A stretch of 26,063 nucleotides of DNA. It comes from a virus (taxonomy: Duplodnaviria; Caudoviricetes). The notes beneath the pieces are model-generated. The model saw only the letters and a program-made list of their open reading frames with translations, did no database searches and was not told the origin of the DNA. Positions 23,034 through 26,063 of the stretch are shown here, piece after piece. The stretch's first letter is position 1; the number at the start of each line of letters is the position of its first letter. The DNA lies in IMG/VR virus record IMGVR_UViG_3300012346_000249, positions 1-26,063 of that record; one strand, written 5' to 3'. A program made the translations under genes and the position numbers.

Positions 23034-26000
23034 TCAGTCTTTAATGTTTTGATGTATTCTTCTTTTTCTTTAGGAGATAAATCTTCCATATGCATTATTG
23101 CTCGCTTAACTTCTTTGGCTGATCTTTTTATCTTGATAACTTCCTCAGCATATTTATCAAACTTATGGTCATATTCTTTAGCCCACTCTTTAACTTCCTC
23201 AGTATTTTTAACTTGATTATCTGTAAGTGAATACTTCTTCCCAACTTTATAAAATGCTTTCTGAGCAATATTAGATAAATCGGTAGCTCCAGTTACAATA
23301 CCAACTGCTTTAACAAGTGCTAATGCTTCCATCTTGTCTTTACCTTCTTTTGTTAAAGTCTTCTCAGTCATGTTACCTTGGTAGTTATCTTCATATATAC
23401 CAGTTGCAGCAGACTTAGCTATATCTTTAAATTCTACAGCTTTTTGAGCAGCTATTCCGTATACACCGAACTTATCTAAGTATGTAATATCCTCATCTTC
23501 ATAGAATTTCCACTCCTCATCTTTAAAGAATTTCTCTCTTCTTTTTTTCTCCTGGTCTTCATCTAAATCAGGTTTCCCTTGATCTTCTCTTGCCTGATTA
23601 ATTTCAGCTAATTTAGCTAACCATTTATCTTCAGATGGAGCAAACATATTATCTTCTCCTTCTCCAAGCATCCAGTTAGCACCACCTACCATTAATGGGT
23701 CTAGCAATGGAATAGCCGAAAATAAATCTGTTAATCCTTGTGTAGCTGATAATCTCAAAGCGCTCTCTAATGTTTTTTTAAGTACCTCTTCATCTTCATC
23801 ATCTAAGAATAAACTTATTGCCCCTTGTATTATAAAATACTTCCAAGCTATGTTTATCGTATGGAATGTTATTAGTCCAGTTACAACACCCATTAAATCT
23901 TGGATAGATTCTTTCTTTAAACTCCATTCACCTCTAGTTATTTTAGCTATATCTCCATAAATTCTATTCTTTTGGTTTATAGAGAATGAGCTAAATGGAA
24001 ACAACATCTGTCTAATCATAGAAGCTGATAGTGTATTATTAGCACCCATTGAACCACGTTCAGAGGCATCACTAGGTAGAATTTGAACTTTTGTTTTTGT
24101 TTCAGCGTATTGAGCTGCATCTTGATTTACATTATTCAAATCAACTTTAATACCATTCTTTCTACAGTATTTTCTATAATACGTCATCCATGCACCAATA
24201 GCAGCTAACTTATCTCCCTTTTGATTGGTATACTTTAACATTTGTTCAGCTAACCATACAGGAGCATCGAATACAGTTCCAGCCGCTTCAGCAGCTTTAC
24301 TTTTCTTCATTACCTCTTCTTGAATTCTTTCAGTAAACTTAATAGCGTCCATACCTCTATTAGCAACTTGAGAGTCGGCTTTAACTATAAACTTCTGTAC
24401 TTTTGGATCAAGTGAATCTTTAAATATAGTCGCTACACTTCTAGGTCCTGCTGCAATAATTGTATCAAGGTAGGTGGGAATTGTTTGTGCGAAAAAATTC
24501 TTAACAGACGCTAATCCAGCAGCACCAGATAATGTAGATATTTTATTAAGGAATTTCTTAACATTTCGTTCTGTCTCAGTATCTTTAGCTCCTTTATTTT
24601 CTTTTGCTGTAATATATCTTTTATAAGCATCTCTTATTAGTATAGCATCATTTGATTTTTTATACTTATCACGACCCATAATATCATCAAATTTACTAGA
24701 AGCTTGATACGCTTTATATTTAGTTCTAGCTTCAGCTGTATATAAATCATTCATAGCAGCTCTATATGATCCGAAGTTATTATCTTCGAAATCCATGTTT
24801 ATGAATCTATTAGTTAATGCGTCTGGTCTTCTAGCCTCCATTAATACTCCTGATTTATTAACAGTCATGCCAGTGAAGTTTATAAACTCAATCATATTAG
24901 GATCATCAGCAATAGATCTATCTATTGAACTATATCTATCTGGCGTATAGAACTCATCTCTACCAATAAGTGTATTATGCATACCAAGAGCATGATCATA
25001 TAATTCTGGATACTTTTTATACCACATATCCTGCATCCATTTAACTGCCTCTAAATTGCTCTTCTCTGCATTATTGTTTATCTCATCAATAGTTATTGAT
25101 TCATTAACAGTACCATCAGATTTTAATATACCTAACTTTTTAGCTGCTTCTTCTTGTAAATCAGCTATAGCTAAATTAACTCTACCAGCAGATTTTCTTA
25201 ATTGATCAATAGATTCAAGTACTAGTTTTTTTCTTCTTAAGAATTCAGTTGGCTTACCCTCACTATCCAATACATTTCTTTGTACAAATGAAAGCAATGC
25301 TCTCTCAGCTTTATTCTCAGGATCAAAGAATTTTTTTACTTTTTTAAATTTATTCTTGTAATCTTGTCTTAACTGATTAGTTTCATTCTCACTTCTATTA
25401 TATCCCTTTTGTATTAAACCAAATGCGGACTCTTTTAAGAACCTAACAACGTCTCCAGCTTTCAATGATTTTTTTTCTAGCATAATTTCAATATAACTAA
25501 AAAAGTCATTATAATCTCTAGCTACAGCTCTCACAGGTTTTACTACACCAATAGGAGCGAACTTAATATTACTATCTTCAACAGCCTTAGTTCCTTCATA
25601 GTTAGCTACAATCTTGTTGAGTCCAGTTTCAAATCCATTATCCAAATACATTGTTAATGCATTAACCGCATCGATAGCATCAGATAAATTTAAGTAATCT
25701 ACATCCACATTAGCAGCTTTCTTAACTAAATCACTTACATCTGGATCATTCTCAACGATAGCTTTAATAGAAGATATTTTTTGTTGAACAAAAGATTTAA
25801 GTTTATTAAGCTCATTTTCTTTAGCTTCCTTAATCTTTTTGCTCATATCTTCATCGGTCATTCCATCAGATGAATTCTCACCAAACATAGCATCGTAAAT
25901 GTCAGATATTTCTTTCTTGGATTTCTTAAGCATTTTATCTTTATTCTTTTGAACATAATCAAACACCTTTTTGAAATCAACATTCTTTCTGAATTCGATA

Positions 26001-26063
26001 CCAAGTGGATCTGTTTCTTTTTTATATCTAGATAGTGATTCTTTTATTTGTTTAGCTATAGCC
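23030..26063 (-). CDS. Very large protein, 5'-truncated (>1000 aa in window), probably a virion/ejection protein
   Basis: Frame stays open past the track start (25966) to the window edge (AIAKQIKESLSRYKK...). Converges on the phosphoesterase gene with a shared TTAA. Function inferred from size and position only. Confidence 0.8.
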   Translation of the reverse strand, partial: AIAKQIKESLSRYKKETDPLGIEFRKNVDFKKVFDYVQKNKDKMLKKSKKEISDIYDAMFGENSSDGMTDEDMSKKIKEAKENELNKLKSFVQQKISSIKAIVENDPDVSDLVKKAANVDVDYLNLSDAIDAVNALTMYLDNGFETGLNKIVANYEGTKAVEDSNIKFAPIGVVKPVRAVARDYNDFFSYIEIMLEKKSLKAGDVVRFLKESAFGLIQKGYNRSENETNQLRQDYKNKFKKVKKFFDPENKAERALLSFVQRNVLDSEGKPTEFLRRKKLVLESIDQLRKSAGRVNLAIADLQEEAAKKLGILKSDGTVNESITIDEINNNAEKSNLEAVKWMQDMWYKKYPELYDHALGMHNTLIGRDEFYTPDRYSSIDRSIADDPNMIEFINFTGMTVNKSGVLMEARRPDALTNRFINMDFEDNNFGSYRAAMNDLYTAEARTKYKAYQASSKFDDIMGRDKYKKSNDAILIRDAYKRYITAKENKGAKDTETERNVKKFLNKISTLSGAAGLASVKNFFAQTIPTYLDTIIAAGPRSVATIFKDSLDPKVQKFIVKADSQVANRGMDAIKFTERIQEEVMKKSKAAEAAGTVFDAPVWLAEQMLKYTNQKGDKLAAIGAWMTYYRKYCRKNGIKVDLNNVNQDAAQYAETKTKVQILPSDASERGSMGANNTLSASMIRQMLFPFSSFSINQKNRIYGDIAKITRGEWSLKKESIQDLMGVVTGLITFHTINIAWKYFIIQGAISLFLDDEDEEVLKKTLESALRLSATQGLTDLFSAIPLLDPLMVGGANWMLGEGEDNMFAPSEDKWLAKLAEINQAREDQGKPDLDEDQEKKRREKFFKDEEWKFYEDEDITYLDKFGVYGIAAQKAVEFKDIAKSAATGIYEDNYQGNMTEKTLTKEGKDKMEALALVKAVGIVTGATDLSNIAQKAFYKVGKKYSLTDNQVKNTEEVKEWAKEYDHKFDKYAEEVIKIKRSAKEVKRAIMHMEDLSPKEKEEYIKTLKTD

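Noticed and set aside
5828-23052. Nested or antisense track ORFs (5828, 6098, 7991, 11759, 11931, 12238, 13076, 14793, 15291, 15610, 16203, 17578, 20219, 20735, 22852)
   Set aside because: Each overlaps a better-supported plus-strand gene almost entirely and has no recognisable features.
1-26063. Stop-codon reassignment as in some Bacteroidota phages
   Set aside because: Genes are intact and densely packed under the standard code, and TAA, TGA and TAG all end genes.

Overview
26-kb segment of a tailed dsDNA phage that very probably infects Bacteroidota (Flavobacteriia-like host). Evidence: TAnnTTTG promoters, A-rich starts without Shine-Dalgarno sequences, a DUF3127 SSB-like gene and a BT4734/VirE-N-type primase-helicase. 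Layout: (i) 1-2350, minus-strand small genes, an HTH gene, a tRNA-like RNA and a double NUMOD4-HNH gene with a structured leader; (ii) 2350-3370, non-coding divergence region with a dyad-symmetric origin-like element; (iii) 3370-9900, plus-strand early-type small genes, ending in a tandem DnaA-domain-IV-like protein and a second, inverted copy of the origin-like element; (iv) 10085-23033, replication/recombination module (putative SSAP, PD-(D/E)xK exonuclease, DUF3127, primase-SF3 helicase, C5 MTase-like protein, SF2 helicase, VRR-NUC, metallophosphoesterase) interspersed with small AT-rich genes, several exactly bracketed by direct repeats; (v) 23030-end, the 3' part of a very large convergent gene, probably a virion protein. 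The most notable signals are the paired origin-like elements, the repeat-bracketed one-gene cassettes, two anticodon-less tRNA-like RNAs and a kissing-loop leader. All family assignments are from motif recognition by eye, not database searches.
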